Origin: Dehalococcoidia bacterium
GTDB taxonomy: Bacteria; Chloroflexota; Dehalococcoidia; Bin125
Assembly: GCA_965209205.1 (NCBI GenBank)
Contig: CBDBQC010000004.1
Span: 902,167-966,166, forward strand
Direction: 5' to 3'
Length of the DNA: 64,000 nt
The notes below the pieces were generated by a model. The model was not told the DNA's origin. It ran no database searches and saw nothing but the letters and a program-made list of their open reading frames with translations. Below are positions 18,099-28,192 of the stretch, one piece after another; position 1 is the stretch's first letter, and the number at the start of each line of letters is the position of its first letter. The translations under genes were made by a program, and so were the position numbers.

Positions 18099-19413
18099 GC
18101 GTGACGAGGTGGAGGCGGCGATCGACCGCTGGCGTGAAGCGGATCTGATCTCCGAATCGACGGCCGACGCGGTGCGCCTCTTCGAGCGCGCACGGAGGTC
18201 GGCTGGTCCGGCCGCGGGCGCGGCGTCTCGGGTCGCCGACGCGGGCGCCGTGCTCGGTGTGGCGTTGGTCGTGGCGGCGGCGTTGGTACTCGCGTTCGGC
18301 CAGTTCGAGGGGGACTTCGGGGCCCGCATGGCGGTGCTGGGCATCGCCGGCGTGGTCGTGCTGGTTGCGGCCGGCGCGGCGCGGCGCCTGCAACTGGCGG
18401 CGACATCGGACGCGCTCGCAGGCGCCGCCGTGCTGCTCTTGACGATCTGCGTGGTCGCCGGCCTCGAAGAACTCGGCGACCCCGGCGACGAGGGCATCGG
18501 CTGGGCGCTGACCTGCGCCGCGGGCGTGGTGATCGGCGCCGCCGTCGCGTGGTGGACGCGTTCGCGGTCGGCCGCCGTGCTGGCGGTCCTGGCCTGGGTC
18601 GCGCTGCCGGCGGCGCTGCTCGTCAGGGAAGGCACCGGCGGCGACCCGTTCGAGGGCCCGTTCGACTACCAGGCGTCGGCGGGCCTGGCCTGGGCGGCGC
18701 TGGCGCTGATGGTGGCCGCGGCGGCGGTCGCGGCGGTCGGCGCGCAGTTCGCGGCGCGGCGCGGCTCGCTCGGCGGCCGCGTCGATCGCGACACCGCGGT
18801 GTGGATCGCATTCGTTGCATCGGCGGTGCTGACGGTAGCGCTCGTCGTCGTGGCGATCGGGCAGGACCAGCGCGGCTTCTACGCCGCCGTGGCGGTGGGG
18901 GCGGCCGCGGCCACGGGGATCGCCGTATGGCGGCGCGAGTGGGTCTGGTTGCCGTCGGCCGCCGGGCTGTACTTCGCGGCCTGCGGCTTCGCCCTGGGCG
19001 GGCTCGGCGAGCCGGAGGGGCGAGCGCTGGGCGTGGCCGTGTTGGTGATGAGCTTCTTCACGTTCGCGCCGCTGGCGCGACGGCTGCCGGGCCACTGGAT
19101 GACGCGGGTGTGGGAGCTGGTCGTGTGGCTGATGGCGTTGTGGGTGGCATCCTGGTTCGCCTTCGAATCGGCCGGCTGGCCGGCGGTCGGGGGCGTGTGG
19201 GCGGCGGCGACGATGGTGGCGGCGGCGATGCTGCGGCGCTGGCCGGCGCTGGCGGTGGGCGCGCTGGGGTTGTACGTGACGTTCCTGGCCGTCGTGATCG
19301 AGACGTTCGATGCGAGCGTCGGCGCCGGTTTCGGCACGCTGCTGTTCGGCGTGCTCGTGCTGGCCGCGGCGATCGCCTGGCGGCGACGAGCGGGGAGGCG
19401 GGCCCATGCCTGA
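18067..19413 (+). CDS. polytopic membrane protein, DUF2157-like
   Basis: 448 aa. Soluble N-terminal segment (VEAAIDRWREADLISESTADAV) followed by about 10 hydrophobic helices. Both termini are encoded inside the 46-bp repeat copies. Confidence 0.75.
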   Translation: MPDPARPNPFKRDEVEAAIDRWREADLISESTADAVRLFERARRSAGPAAGAASRVADAGAVLGVALVVAAALVLAFGQFEGDFGARMAVLGIAGVVVLVAAGAARRLQLAATSDALAGAAVLLLTICVVAGLEELGDPGDEGIGWALTCAAGVVIGAAVAWWTRSRSAAVLAVLAWVALPAALLVREGTGGDPFEGPFDYQASAGLAWAALALMVAAAAVAAVGAQFAARRGSLGGRVDRDTAVWIAFVASAVLTVALVVVAIGQDQRGFYAAVAVGAAAATGIAVWRREWVWLPSAAGLYFAACGFALGGLGEPEGRALGVAVLVMSFFTFAPLARRLPGHWMTRVWELVVWLMALWVASWFAFESAGWPAVGGVWAAATMVAAAMLRRWPALAVGALGLYVTFLAVVIETFDASVGAGFGTLLFGVLVLAAAIAWRRRAGRRAHA

Positions 19414-19437
19414 CCCCGCGCGGCCCAACCCCTTCAA
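19392..19437 (+). repeat. 46-bp direct repeat copy 2 spanning the membrane-gene stop / ftsQ start junction
   Basis: Sequence ggggaggcgGgcccatgcctgaccccgcgcggcccaaccccttcaa. Confidence 0.9.
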
Positions 19438-20314
19438 CCGGGGCTCGTTCACCGAGAACCGCGGGCCCAGCGACCCGCTGTACCGCGACCAGATCTCGAC
19501 GACGGCGGACGCGCCGCTGTCGCCGCCGGACGTCGAGGGGGCGGGCTGGCGGCCGCGCTGGCTGACGCTGATCGTGCTGCTGCTGCTGGGGGCGGCGGCG
19601 GCGGCGGTCGTGGGGGTGCTGAACTCGCCGATGATGGAGATTCGCACGGTCAACGTGAGCGGCGCGGAGCGGGTGTCGCCGGAGGCGATCGCGCAGCTGG
19701 TGGCGCTGACGGGCGAGAACATCCTGCTGGCCGACGTCGGGGCGGCGCGGGCGCGGGTCCGCGAACAGCCGATGATCCTCGACGCGACGGTGCGCCGCGA
19801 GTGGCCCAACACGATCCACGTGCAGGTCTGGGAGCGCACGCCCTGGGTGCGCTGGCAGGTGCAGGGCGAGGTCTGGGCGGTGGACCGCAACGGGGTGGTG
19901 CTGGAGGGGGTGGAGGCGCCCGCCGACAGCATCATCGTGCGGCAGGTGTCGTCGCTGCCGGCGATCCGCGCGGGCGAGCACGTGGGCCTCGACGCGGTGG
20001 AGCTGATCCAGCGCATCGAGGAGGCGGGGCCGCCGCGGCAGGGCCCGGGCATCGTGGCCTACGAGTGGTCGCTGCGCACGGGGCTGACGGTCGTCACGCG
20101 GCACGGCCGGGTGACGTTCGGCGACGGCCAGGGCTTCGACTTCAAGTACGGGGTCTGGGAGCAACTCGAGTTCGAGGCGCAGCGGCGGGGCGAACCCCTG
20201 CTGACGGCCGACCTGCGTTTCGGAACGCGGCCGGCCGTGGAGATCGGTTTGGGATTGGGCCGGGCGACCCGGATCACGCCGGAGAGTGTGGCCGCCGGAG
20301 ACGGGGCGTCGTAA
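19406..20314 (+). CDS. ftsQ: cell division protein FtsQ (POTRA domain)
   Basis: TM helix WLTLIVLLLLGAAAAAVVGVL followed by a POTRA-like segment IRTVNVSGAERVSPEAIAQLVALTGENILL, in the dcw position. Confidence 0.85.
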   Translation: MPDPARPNPFNRGSFTENRGPSDPLYRDQISTTADAPLSPPDVEGAGWRPRWLTLIVLLLLGAAAAAVVGVLNSPMMEIRTVNVSGAERVSPEAIAQLVALTGENILLADVGAARARVREQPMILDATVRREWPNTIHVQVWERTPWVRWQVQGEVWAVDRNGVVLEGVEAPADSIIVRQVSSLPAIRAGEHVGLDAVELIQRIEEAGPPRQGPGIVAYEWSLRTGLTVVTRHGRVTFGDGQGFDFKYGVWEQLEFEAQRRGEPLLTADLRFGTRPAVEIGLGLGRATRITPESVAAGDGAS

Positions 20315-20395
20315 GGGCGCCGCAAGCGGCCACGCGGATTGCGTGGCCGGCCGAGGCCGTGTCGCGGGGCGCGGTCGCTGGAAAAGGAGACGGGG

Positions 20396-21649
20396 ATGGC
20401 CAGAGGCAGCGCCATTGCGGCGATCGATCTGGGCAGCACGAAGATCGCCACCATCGTGGGCGATACGTCGGACGCGGGGATGCTGCGCATCCTGGGCGCC
20501 GGCGTCGTGCCGTCCGCGGGGATCGAGAAGGGCCAGATCAGCAGCATCGGGCAGGCGACGGAGGCCATCAACGCCTCGATCGAGAAGGCGGAGCGGGCCT
20601 CGGGCACGCGCATCCTCTCGGCGGGCGTGAGCGTCTCGGGCGCGCACCTGTCGTCGCTGAACAACCGCGGCATCGTGGCCGTGCCCGACGTGGGCCGCCC
20701 GATCAGCGTCGATGACGCGCAGCGGGTGATCGACGCGGCGCGCAACGTGAGCCTGAAGAGCAACCGCGAGCTGATGCACGCCCTGCCGCGCTACTTCGTC
20801 GTCGATGGCCAGGACCGGGTCTCGGACCCGGTGGCCATGCACGGCCAGCGCCTGGACGTCGAGATGCATATCGTCACCGGCGGCGTGAACGCGCTGCAGA
20901 ACGTGATGAAGTGCGTCGAGGGCGCGAACGTGCAGGTCGAGGCGCTGGTGGCGGGGCCGGTCGCGATGTCGGCGGCCGTGCTCGACCCGGAGGAGCAGCA
21001 GGAGGGCGTGGTCGCGATCGACATCGGGGGCGGCACGACGGACATCGCCGTGCACCTCGACGGGGCGATCGTGCACACGGCCTCACTGCCGATCGGGGGC
21101 ATGCACGTCACGCGCGACCTGGTCGCCGGGCTGCGCTGCCCCTTCATGGTCGCCGACCAGGCGAAGATCCGCTACGGCGCGGCGCTGTCGGCGGCGGTCC
21201 CCAAGGACGAATCGGTGGCGCTGACGGCCTTCGGGCAGGACGAGCGCCGGGAGGTGTCGCGGCGGCTGATCGTCGAGATCGTGGAGGCGCGGGTGGAGGA
21301 GATCCTCTCCATGGCGCTGGGCGAGGTGAAGCGGGCGGGCCACCTCGAGGCGATCGCGGCGGGGCTGGTGATCGGGGGCGGGACATCGGAGTTGGAGGGC
21401 ATCACGACGCTGGCGGAGCAGCGCACGGGCCTGCCGGCCCGCATCGGCCAGGTGCCGGAGGTCTACGGCCTCGCCGACCAGGTGGCGGGCCCGGCCTACG
21501 CGACCAGCCTGGGCGTGTTGCGCTGGATGACGGAAGCGTTCGTCGTACCGATGGGGCAGCCCTTGCGGCTGCGTATGCCGGCGGGTGGCAGTGTCTTTGG
21601 CCTGTTCCGCAGCGTCGGCCGATTGGGGAGGGTCTTTCTGCCGCAATAG
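20396..21649 (+). CDS. ftsA: cell division protein FtsA
   Basis: AAAGGAGA Shine-Dalgarno sequence. AAIDLGSTKIATIVGD and VVAIDIGGGTTDIAV (actin-fold phosphate loops) are present. Confidence 0.9.
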   Translation: MARGSAIAAIDLGSTKIATIVGDTSDAGMLRILGAGVVPSAGIEKGQISSIGQATEAINASIEKAERASGTRILSAGVSVSGAHLSSLNNRGIVAVPDVGRPISVDDAQRVIDAARNVSLKSNRELMHALPRYFVVDGQDRVSDPVAMHGQRLDVEMHIVTGGVNALQNVMKCVEGANVQVEALVAGPVAMSAAVLDPEEQQEGVVAIDIGGGTTDIAVHLDGAIVHTASLPIGGMHVTRDLVAGLRCPFMVADQAKIRYGAALSAAVPKDESVALTAFGQDERREVSRRLIVEIVEARVEEILSMALGEVKRAGHLEAIAAGLVIGGGTSELEGITTLAEQRTGLPARIGQVPEVYGLADQVAGPAYATSLGVLRWMTEAFVVPMGQPLRLRMPAGGSVFGLFRSVGRLGRVFLPQ

Positions 21650-21743
21650 CACGCACGACGCACGCGGACGGCTCAACTGGGGGAGCCGTCCGGCCGGCGA
21701 TCAACCACCCCAACAACTGGTGGCGGGGTAGCAGGAGAGCCGG

Positions 21744-22832
21744 ATGTCTGGATACGACGATCGCAGTGGCCTGCCGCCGATCAAGGTGATCGGGGTGGGC
21801 GGAGGCGGCTGCAACGCCGTCAATCGGATGATCGAGGAGGGGATCACCGGGGTCCACTTCCTGGCGGTGAACACCGACGCGCAGCAGCTCGAACACAGCC
21901 GCGCGCCGGAGACGATGCGCATCGGCGACCGCGTGTCGCGGGGGCTGGGCGTCGGCGGCGACGCGGCGCTGGGCGAGAAGGCCGGCGACGAATCGCGCGC
22001 CGACCTGCTTGAGTCGGTGCGCGGGATGGACATGGTGTTCGTCGCGGCCGGCATGGGCGGCGGCACCGGGACGGGCGCGGCGCCGGTCGTGGCCGAGGTC
22101 GCGAAGCAGGCCGGGGCGCTGACCATCGCGGTGGTGACCAAGCCGTTCGCGTTCGAGGGCGCCAAGCGCCGCCAGACGGCGGTCTCGGGCGTGCATCGCC
22201 TCGAGAAGCACGCCGACACCGTGATCACGATCCCCAACGATCGGCTGCTGAGCCTGGCCGAGGAGAACATCTCCGCCAGCAAGGCGTTCGCGCTGGCCGA
22301 CGACGTGCTGCGCCAGGGGATCAGCGGCATCGCCGACATGATCACCACGCCGGGCGAGATCAACCTCGACTTCAACGACGTCAAGAAGGTCATGGGCGAG
22401 GGCGGTCAGGCGCTGATGGCGATCGGCCGCGGCGCGGGGCCGAACCGGGCCGTCGACGCGGCGCAGGCGGCGATCGCCAGCCCGCTGCTGGAGACCGACA
22501 TCACGGGCGCCCGCAAGGTGCTGTTCAACGTGGCGTCGGGCGGCGACCTGGGGCTCATGGAGCTCAACGTCTCGGCCAAGGTCATCCAGGAGATGGTCGA
22601 CCCGGACGCCGAGATCATCTTCGGGACCGCGGTCAAGCCCAACCTGGGCGAAGAGATCATGGTCACCGTGATCGCCACCGGCTTCCCGGGCCACTCGACG
22701 ATCGAAGAAGAGATGCCCGTCGCCGTCGAAAACGACCGCTGGTCGCCCGACCTGCTGGACGAGATCGGCCTGGACGGCGACGACGTGGAATTGCCTGCCT
22801 TCCTGCGCCGGCGACGCGTCGCGGCGCGGTAG
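21744..22832 (+). CDS. ftsZ: cell division GTPase FtsZ
   Basis: IKVIGVGGGGCNAVNRM, GMGGGTGTGAAPV and NLDFNDV are present, plus the C-terminal peptide DDVELPAFLRRR. Confidence 0.97.
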   Translation: MSGYDDRSGLPPIKVIGVGGGGCNAVNRMIEEGITGVHFLAVNTDAQQLEHSRAPETMRIGDRVSRGLGVGGDAALGEKAGDESRADLLESVRGMDMVFVAAGMGGGTGTGAAPVVAEVAKQAGALTIAVVTKPFAFEGAKRRQTAVSGVHRLEKHADTVITIPNDRLLSLAEENISASKAFALADDVLRQGISGIADMITTPGEINLDFNDVKKVMGEGGQALMAIGRGAGPNRAVDAAQAAIASPLLETDITGARKVLFNVASGGDLGLMELNVSAKVIQEMVDPDAEIIFGTAVKPNLGEEIMVTVIATGFPGHSTIEEEMPVAVENDRWSPDLLDEIGLDGDDVELPAFLRRRRVAAR

Positions 22833-22914
22833 CCACCCGGCAGGAGAACGCGACCAATAGAGAAAGGAGGGCCGGACTCGCAAACACTTGGCTCCTCACG
22901 AGCCAGCACGACCA

Positions 22915-22965
22915 GGGGGAGCGGCGTCATTGGGAGATAGCGCCGCTCCCCCGCTTCGTTTCTTG
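22915..22965 (+). terminator. intrinsic terminator-like hairpin after ftsZ
   Basis: Perfect 12-bp stem, gggggagcggcg (22915..22926) / cgccgctccccc (22941..22952), followed by T-rich gcttcgtttctt. Confidence 0.6.
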
Positions 22966-23024
22966 GGGGAACCGCCTCCCCCGGGCGGGCTATCATGCAC
23001 GCAGCAGTTGCGGGAGGGAACATC

Positions 23025-23348
23025 ATGGCGACGTCCGAAGTCGGGCCGATGAAGTTCAAGGCCGGCGAAGCGACGATCACGATCGGGTCACCCGACTCCG
23101 CGGAGGCGAAAGAACTGCGAGCGTTGTTCGCCGAGGGCGACGCGAATGATCGGAAGCTCCAAGCGATCCGGGCGGACGCCCTTCGGGAGCACTACGGAGA
23201 GTTCGTGGCCGTCACCGACTGGGGCAAGAAGGTCTGGTACGACTCCAGCATGGACGCCCTGGTCACCGCCATCCCGGAGAGCGAGCGTCCGGCGGCGGCG
23301 CACGCCTACCTCGTGGAGTGGCCGGAGCCGCTCATCCTGGTCGCCTGA
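23025..23348 (+). CDS. hypothetical small protein
   Basis: GGGAGGGA Shine-Dalgarno sequence 5 nt before the ATG at 23025. 107 aa with natural composition (KFKAGEATITIG...GEFVAVTDWGKKVWYDSS). Family not recognised with confidence. Confidence 0.55.
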   Translation: MATSEVGPMKFKAGEATITIGSPDSAEAKELRALFAEGDANDRKLQAIRADALREHYGEFVAVTDWGKKVWYDSSMDALVTAIPESERPAAAHAYLVEWPEPLILVA

Positions 23349-23380
23349 CCCCACCCCGACCCGCCGCGACCCGACGCCGT

Positions 23381-23386
23381 TATGAT
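23381..23386 (+). promoter_or_regulatory. putative -10 TATGAT, 6 nt before the nrdR ATG (leaderless-type)
   Basis: Sequence reads gtTATGATcgacgcATG. Confidence 0.35.
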
Positions 23387-23392
23387 CGACGC

Positions 23393-23947
23393 ATGGAGTG
23401 CCCGCAGTGCGGCGGTGACGACACGAACGTGATCGACTCGCGCCCGTCGCGAGACGCGATCCGGCGGCGGCGGACCTGCGGGCGCTGCGAGCACCGCTTC
23501 ACGACCTACGAGCGCATCGCGGAGTTGGAGCCCGTCGTCGTCAAGCGCGACGGGCGGCGGGAGCCGTTCCAGTACGACAAGATCCGCCACGGCGTCCGCC
23601 TGGCGGCGGCGAAGGGTGCGCTGCCGGAGCCCGAGATCGACCGCATCACGGAGGCGGTGCGCACGCGGGCGGTGCAGACGGCCCGGGCCGAGATCGCCGC
23701 GACGACGCTGGGCGAGTGGGTCTGGGAGGCGCTGCAGGCGGTCGATCGGGTGGCGGCCTTCCGCTTCGGCGCGGTGTTCGCGCGGCCCGGCGACCTGGAG
23801 GCGGTGCGCCGTCAACTGGCGGCGGCTGAGAGCGGCCGGCCCGCGCCGACGCACGCCGACGGCGCCGACGCGACGCAGCCGCGGCTGCCCGGTATCGGCG
23901 GCGACGCCGCCGCGCCCGACGCGACGCCGCCGGCCGCCGCCGACTGA
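23393..23947 (+). CDS. nrdR: transcriptional repressor NrdR
   Basis: [43 protein letters not shown]...: zinc ribbon plus ATP-cone. Confidence 0.9.
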   Translation: [184 protein letters not shown]

Positions 23948-23962
23948 CGGGAGGGTGGGGAC

Positions 23963-25741
23963 ATGCCGCAGCCCGCGCCCAGCCCGGACGGCGAGCCCGC
24001 CCTGACCGATGCGGCCCGCATCGTGCTGGAGCGGCGCTATCTGCGCCGCGACGACGCGGCGGGGACGGTGGAGACGCCGCTGGCGATGTTCCGGCGGGTG
24101 GCCGACGCGGTGTCGCTGGCGGAGGCGTCGCACGGGGCCGACCCGGCGGCCTTCGCCGATCGGGCCTTCGCGCTGATGCGCGACCTGCGCTTCCTGCCCA
24201 ACTCGCCCACGCTGATGAACGCCGGGCTGCCGCTGCAGCAGCTGGCGGCCTGCTTCGTACTGCCGGTCGAGGACTCGCTGCCGGGCATCTTCGACTCGCT
24301 CAAGCACGCGGCGCTGATCCATCAGAGCGGCGGCGGGACGGGTTTCGCGTTCTCGCGGCTGCGGCCGCGCAACGACCGCGTGCAGACGACGCACGGCGTG
24401 GCCAGCGGGCCGGTCTCGTTCATGGAGGTCTACGACGCGGCCACGGACGCGATCAAGCAGGGCGGCGCGCGGCGCGGCGCGAACATGGCCATCCTCGACG
24501 TGCACCACCCCGACATCGAGCGCTTCGTGCAGGCGAAGGACGCCAGCGGCGCGCTGCGCAACTTCAACCTCTCGGTGGCCGTCGACGACGCCTTCATGCG
24601 GGCCGCGCGGGACGGTGGCGACTTCGCGCTGATCAACCCGCGCACCGGACGGGAGGTCGGGCGGCGCGGCGCGCGGGCGCTGCTCGACCTGATCACCGCG
24701 CAGGCCTGGCAGCACGGCGACCCCGGGCTGGTCTTCCTGGACCGCGTCAACCACGACAACCCGACGCCGCAGCTGGGGCCGATCGAGTCGACCAACCCGT
24801 GCGGCGAGCAGCCGCTGCTGCCCTACGAATCCTGCACGCTGGGCTCGATCGATGTCTCGAAGTTTGTCGCGGCCGACGGGGCCGACATCGACTGGCAGGC
24901 GCTGGGCGAGGCGATCGACGTGGCGGTGCGCTTCCTCGACGACGTGATCGACGTGAACCGCTATCCCTCGCCGGAGATCGAGCGGATGACGCTGAGCACG
25001 CGCAAGATCGGGCTGGGCGTGATGGGCTTCGCCGACCTGCTGTTCGCGCTGGGCACGCCGTACGACTCGGCGGCGGCGATCGAGCGGGCGCGAGAACTGG
25101 CCGCGTTCGTGCAGGCGCGCGCCAACGCGGCCTCGCAGGCGCTGGGCGCCGAGCGCGGCGCGTTCCCGGCCTGGGCGGGGTCGATCTTCGACCCGGCGGG
25201 GCCGCGCTACCGCAACGCGACCCGCACGACCGTGGCGCCGACGGGCACGATCAGCATCATCGCGGGCTGCTCAAGCGGGATCGAGCCGGCCTTCGCGCCG
25301 GCCTACGACCGCCGCCACTACCTCGACGCGGACGACCCCGCCCTGCTGACCCGCCTGCGCGACGTGCATCCCGCGCTGCGACGCCAAGCCGAGCGGGAGG
25401 GGTGGTGGTCGGACGAGTTGGGAACGCATCTGGCGTCGGGCGGGGGGCTGGCCGACGCGCCGGGGGCGCCCGCGGGGGCGGCGCGGGCCTTCGTGACGGC
25501 GCACGAGGTCGGCTGGGAGTGGCACGTGCGGATGCAGGCGGCGTTCCAGCGGCACGTCGACAACGCGGTCTCGAAGACGATCAACTTCCCCCGCGAGGCC
25601 CGCCGCGACGACGTGGCGGCGGCGTTCGCGCTGGCCTGGCGCGAGGGCTGCAAGGGCATCACGGTCTACCGCGACGGGTCGCGGGCGCAGCAAGTGTTGT
25701 CGCACCCGACGCCGGACGCGGCCCTGGAGGCGGAAGCGTAG
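23963..25741 (+). CDS. nrdJ: adenosylcobalamin-dependent (class II) ribonucleotide reductase
   Basis: [58 protein letters not shown] and KTINFP are present. Confidence 0.9.
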   Translation: MPQPAPSPDGEPALTDAARIVLERRYLRRDDAAGTVETPLAMFRRVADAVSLAEASHGADPAAFADRAFALMRDLRFLPNSPTLMNAGLPLQQLAACFVLPVEDSLPGIFDSLKHAALIHQSGGGTGFAFSRLRPRNDRVQTTHGVASGPVSFMEVYDAATDAIKQGGARRGANMAILDVHHPDIERFVQAKDASGALRNFNLSVAVDDAFMRAARDGGDFALINPRTGREVGRRGARALLDLITAQAWQHGDPGLVFLDRVNHDNPTPQLGPIESTNPCGEQPLLPYESCTLGSIDVSKFVAADGADIDWQALGEAIDVAVRFLDDVIDVNRYPSPEIERMTLSTRKIGLGVMGFADLLFALGTPYDSAAAIERARELAAFVQARANAASQALGAERGAFPAWAGSIFDPAGPRYRNATRTTVAPTGTISIIAGCSSGIEPAFAPAYDRRHYLDADDPALLTRLRDVHPALRRQAEREGWWSDELGTHLASGGGLADAPGAPAGAARAFVTAHEVGWEWHVRMQAAFQRHVDNAVSKTINFPREARRDDVAAAFALAWREGCKGITVYRDGSRAQQVLSHPTPDAALEAEA

Positions 25742-25770
25742 GCCCAACGCGCACCTATATCCCTCGTGCG

Positions 25771-25776
25771 TATAGT
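25771..25776 (+). promoter_or_regulatory. putative -10 TATAGT, 6 nt before the ATG (leaderless-type)
   Basis: Sequence reads gcgTATAGTggggccATG. Confidence 0.35.
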
Positions 25777-25782
25777 GGGGCC

Positions 25783-27438
25783 ATGGCGAAACGCAGCGAG
25801 CAATCCGGCGTGGCGACGGCGCGGGCGCGGCTGTCGCGCGAGCGCGGCGGCGTGCGCAAGGACTGGGGCGGGCGGCTGCCCTTCGCGCTGGTCTACCCCA
25901 ACAGCTACCGCATCGGCATGTCCAACCTGGGCCTGCAGGTGATCTACCGCCTGCTCAACGCCAAGCCCGACGTCGTCTGCGAGCGCGCCTTCTACGACCC
26001 GCCGCCGTCCGGCGAGCGGGCCGGCCCGATCGTCACGATCGAATCGCAGCGCCCGCTGATGGACTTCCCGGTCGTCGCCTACACGCTGACCTACGAGATC
26101 GACTACTACCACGTCGTGCGGTCGCTGCAGGCGTCGGGGCTGCCGGCCTTGGCGGCGCACCGCGACGAGCGCCACCCGCTGGTGATCGCCGGCGGCGCGG
26201 CCGTGATCACCAACCCGATGCCGCTCTCGGACTGCTTCGACGCCTTCGTGATCGGCGAGGCGGAGCCGATCCTCGATCGGCTCGTCGAGACGATCCGCGA
26301 CGGCATCGCGGGCAACCGCGACGACCTGCTGGCGGCGCTGGCGGCCGTGCCGGGCGTGTTCGTGCCGGCGCTGGGCGCGCCGGGCGGCGTCGAGCGGCAG
26401 TGGGTGCGCGAGATCGGCGAGACCGAGGCGATGTCGGCCGTGCTCACCGACGACACCGAGTTGTCGAATATGACGCTGATCGAGGCGGCGCGGGGCTGCG
26501 GCCGCGGCTGCCGCTTCTGCATCGCGGGGTACGTCTTCCGGCCGCCGCGCTACCGGCCGCTCGAGGGGCTGCTCGACCAGGTCGAGCGCGGGCTCGAGAC
26601 CTCGCCGCGGGTGGGGCTGCTGGGGGCCGCCGTGGCCGACCACCCGCAGCTGCCCGAGTTGGCCGTCGAGGCGGCGCGACGGGGGGCGCAGGTGTCGGTC
26701 AGCTCGCTGCGCGTCGACAACCTCTCGCCGACGCTGCTGGGCGTGCTCAGCGAGGGCGGGACGCGGACGGTGACCGTCGCGCCGGAGGCCGGCAGCGAGC
26801 GCATGCGCACCAAGATCAACAAGGCCGTCGGGCACGACCAGATCCTCGAGGCGGCGGAGAAGGTGGGCGCGGCGGGTATGCGGCGCATGAAGTGCTACTT
26901 CATGGTCGGCCTGCCGGAGGAGGAGGACGCCGACGTCGAGGAGATGGCGCGGCTGGGCCGCGAGATGAAGGCGCGCCTCGACGCGGCCGGGCACGGCACT
27001 GAGCTGGTGATGAGCGTGGGGCCGCTGGTGCCCAAGCCGGCGACGGCCTATCAGCACCTGCCGCAGACCGACGCGCGGGTCGTCAACGGGCGCTTGCGGA
27101 TGCTGCGCGACGCTTTCAAGGGCACGGGCATCGTGCTGCGCGGCGACAGCCCGGCCTGGGCCCGCATCGACGACATCTGCTCGCGGGCCGACCGGCGGCT
27201 GACCTCGGCCATCCTGTCGATGCCGGACAACTCGCGCGCCTCGTGGATGCGGGCGGCGGCGGAGTGGGGGCTCGACGGCCCGCTGCCCTGGGGCGAGGGC
27301 CCGATGCCGTGGAGCGGCGTCGACACCGGCATCACGGCGCGCTTCTTCGACCGCGAGTGGGACAAGCACCTGCGCTCGAAGTTCACGATCGCCTGCCCGC
27401 CGCCCGAGATCGGCTGCAAGCTCTGTGGGGTTTGCTAG
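25783..27438 (+). CDS. B12-binding-domain radical SAM protein (TIGR03960-like)
   Basis: [17 protein letters not shown] and [17 protein letters not shown] (CxxxCxxC cluster) are present. The track ORF from 24799 is an artefactual N-terminal extension overlapping nrdJ. Confidence 0.85.
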   Translation: MAKRSEQSGVATARARLSRERGGVRKDWGGRLPFALVYPNSYRIGMSNLGLQVIYRLLNAKPDVVCERAFYDPPPSGERAGPIVTIESQRPLMDFPVVAYTLTYEIDYYHVVRSLQASGLPALAAHRDERHPLVIAGGAAVITNPMPLSDCFDAFVIGEAEPILDRLVETIRDGIAGNRDDLLAALAAVPGVFVPALGAPGGVERQWVREIGETEAMSAVLTDDTELSNMTLIEAARGCGRGCRFCIAGYVFRPPRYRPLEGLLDQVERGLETSPRVGLLGAAVADHPQLPELAVEAARRGAQVSVSSLRVDNLSPTLLGVLSEGGTRTVTVAPEAGSERMRTKINKAVGHDQILEAAEKVGAAGMRRMKCYFMVGLPEEEDADVEEMARLGREMKARLDAAGHGTELVMSVGPLVPKPATAYQHLPQTDARVVNGRLRMLRDAFKGTGIVLRGDSPAWARIDDICSRADRRLTSAILSMPDNSRASWMRAAAEWGLDGPLPWGEGPMPWSGVDTGITARFFDREWDKHLRSKFTIACPPPEIGCKLCGVC

Positions 27439-27457
27439 GCGGGACTGCCAGGGCGCG

Positions 27458-28168
27458 ATGCCCCAGGATTCGTCGTCGCAGGATTGGGAGCACGTCGCCG
27501 GGAACCTGGCGACGGTGCGGGCGCGCATCGCCGCGGCGGCCGAGGCGGCCGGGCGCGACCCCGCCGGGGTCGAGTTGGTGGCGGTCTCGAAGACGTTCCC
27601 GGTCGCGGCGCTGCAGGCGGCGATGGCGGCGGGACAGTCCGTCTTCGGCGAGAACCGGGTGCAGGAGGCGCTGCCCAAGATCGAGGCACTGGCCGCGACG
27701 CTGGACCCCGGCGGGGCGGAGCCCCGCTTCCACCTGGTGGGCCACCTGCAGACCAACAAAGCGAAGCACGGGTGGGCCTTTGATATGATCGAGAGCGTCG
27801 ATTCGCTGCGGCTTGCGGCCGCGCTGGAGCGACGCCTTCCCCGCCCCATGCCGGTGCTGCTGGAAGTCAACGTGGCGGGGGAGGCGAGCAAGCACGGCTT
27901 CGCCCCGGACGAAGTCGGGCCGGCGCTGGCGGCGATCGCGCCGCTGGCCACACTGGACGTCGTGGGCCTGATGACCGTGGCGCCGCTGGTCGCGGATGCG
28001 GAGGCGGCGCGCCCGGTCTTCCGCGAGTTGCGCCGCCTGCGCGACGCCGAGGCGGACCGGCTGGGCCCGGGCCACCTGAGTATGGGGATGAGCGATGACT
28101 TCGAAGTCGCGATCGCGGAGGGGGCGACGATCGTGCGGCTGGGCCGGGCGATCTTCGGCGATCGCTGA
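27458..28168 (+). CDS. yggS: PLP-binding protein YggS family
   Basis: [11 protein letters not shown] (PLP lysine), [18 protein letters not shown] and [11 protein letters not shown] are present. Confidence 0.9.
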   Translation: MPQDSSSQDWEHVAGNLATVRARIAAAAEAAGRDPAGVELVAVSKTFPVAALQAAMAAGQSVFGENRVQEALPKIEALAATLDPGGAEPRFHLVGHLQTNKAKHGWAFDMIESVDSLRLAAALERRLPRPMPVLLEVNVAGEASKHGFAPDEVGPALAAIAPLATLDVVGLMTVAPLVADAEAARPVFRELRRLRDAEADRLGPGHLSMGMSDDFEVAIAEGATIVRLGRAIFGDR

Positions 28169-28192
28169 GCGGCGCGGGGAACGGAGCCGGGC

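Noticed and set aside
22833-23024. Possible missing sepF/divIVA-type gene or small RNA after ftsZ.
   Set aside because: The region contains only a strong terminator hairpin and the ribosome-binding site and start of the next small ORF. No additional coding frame with plausible composition was found.
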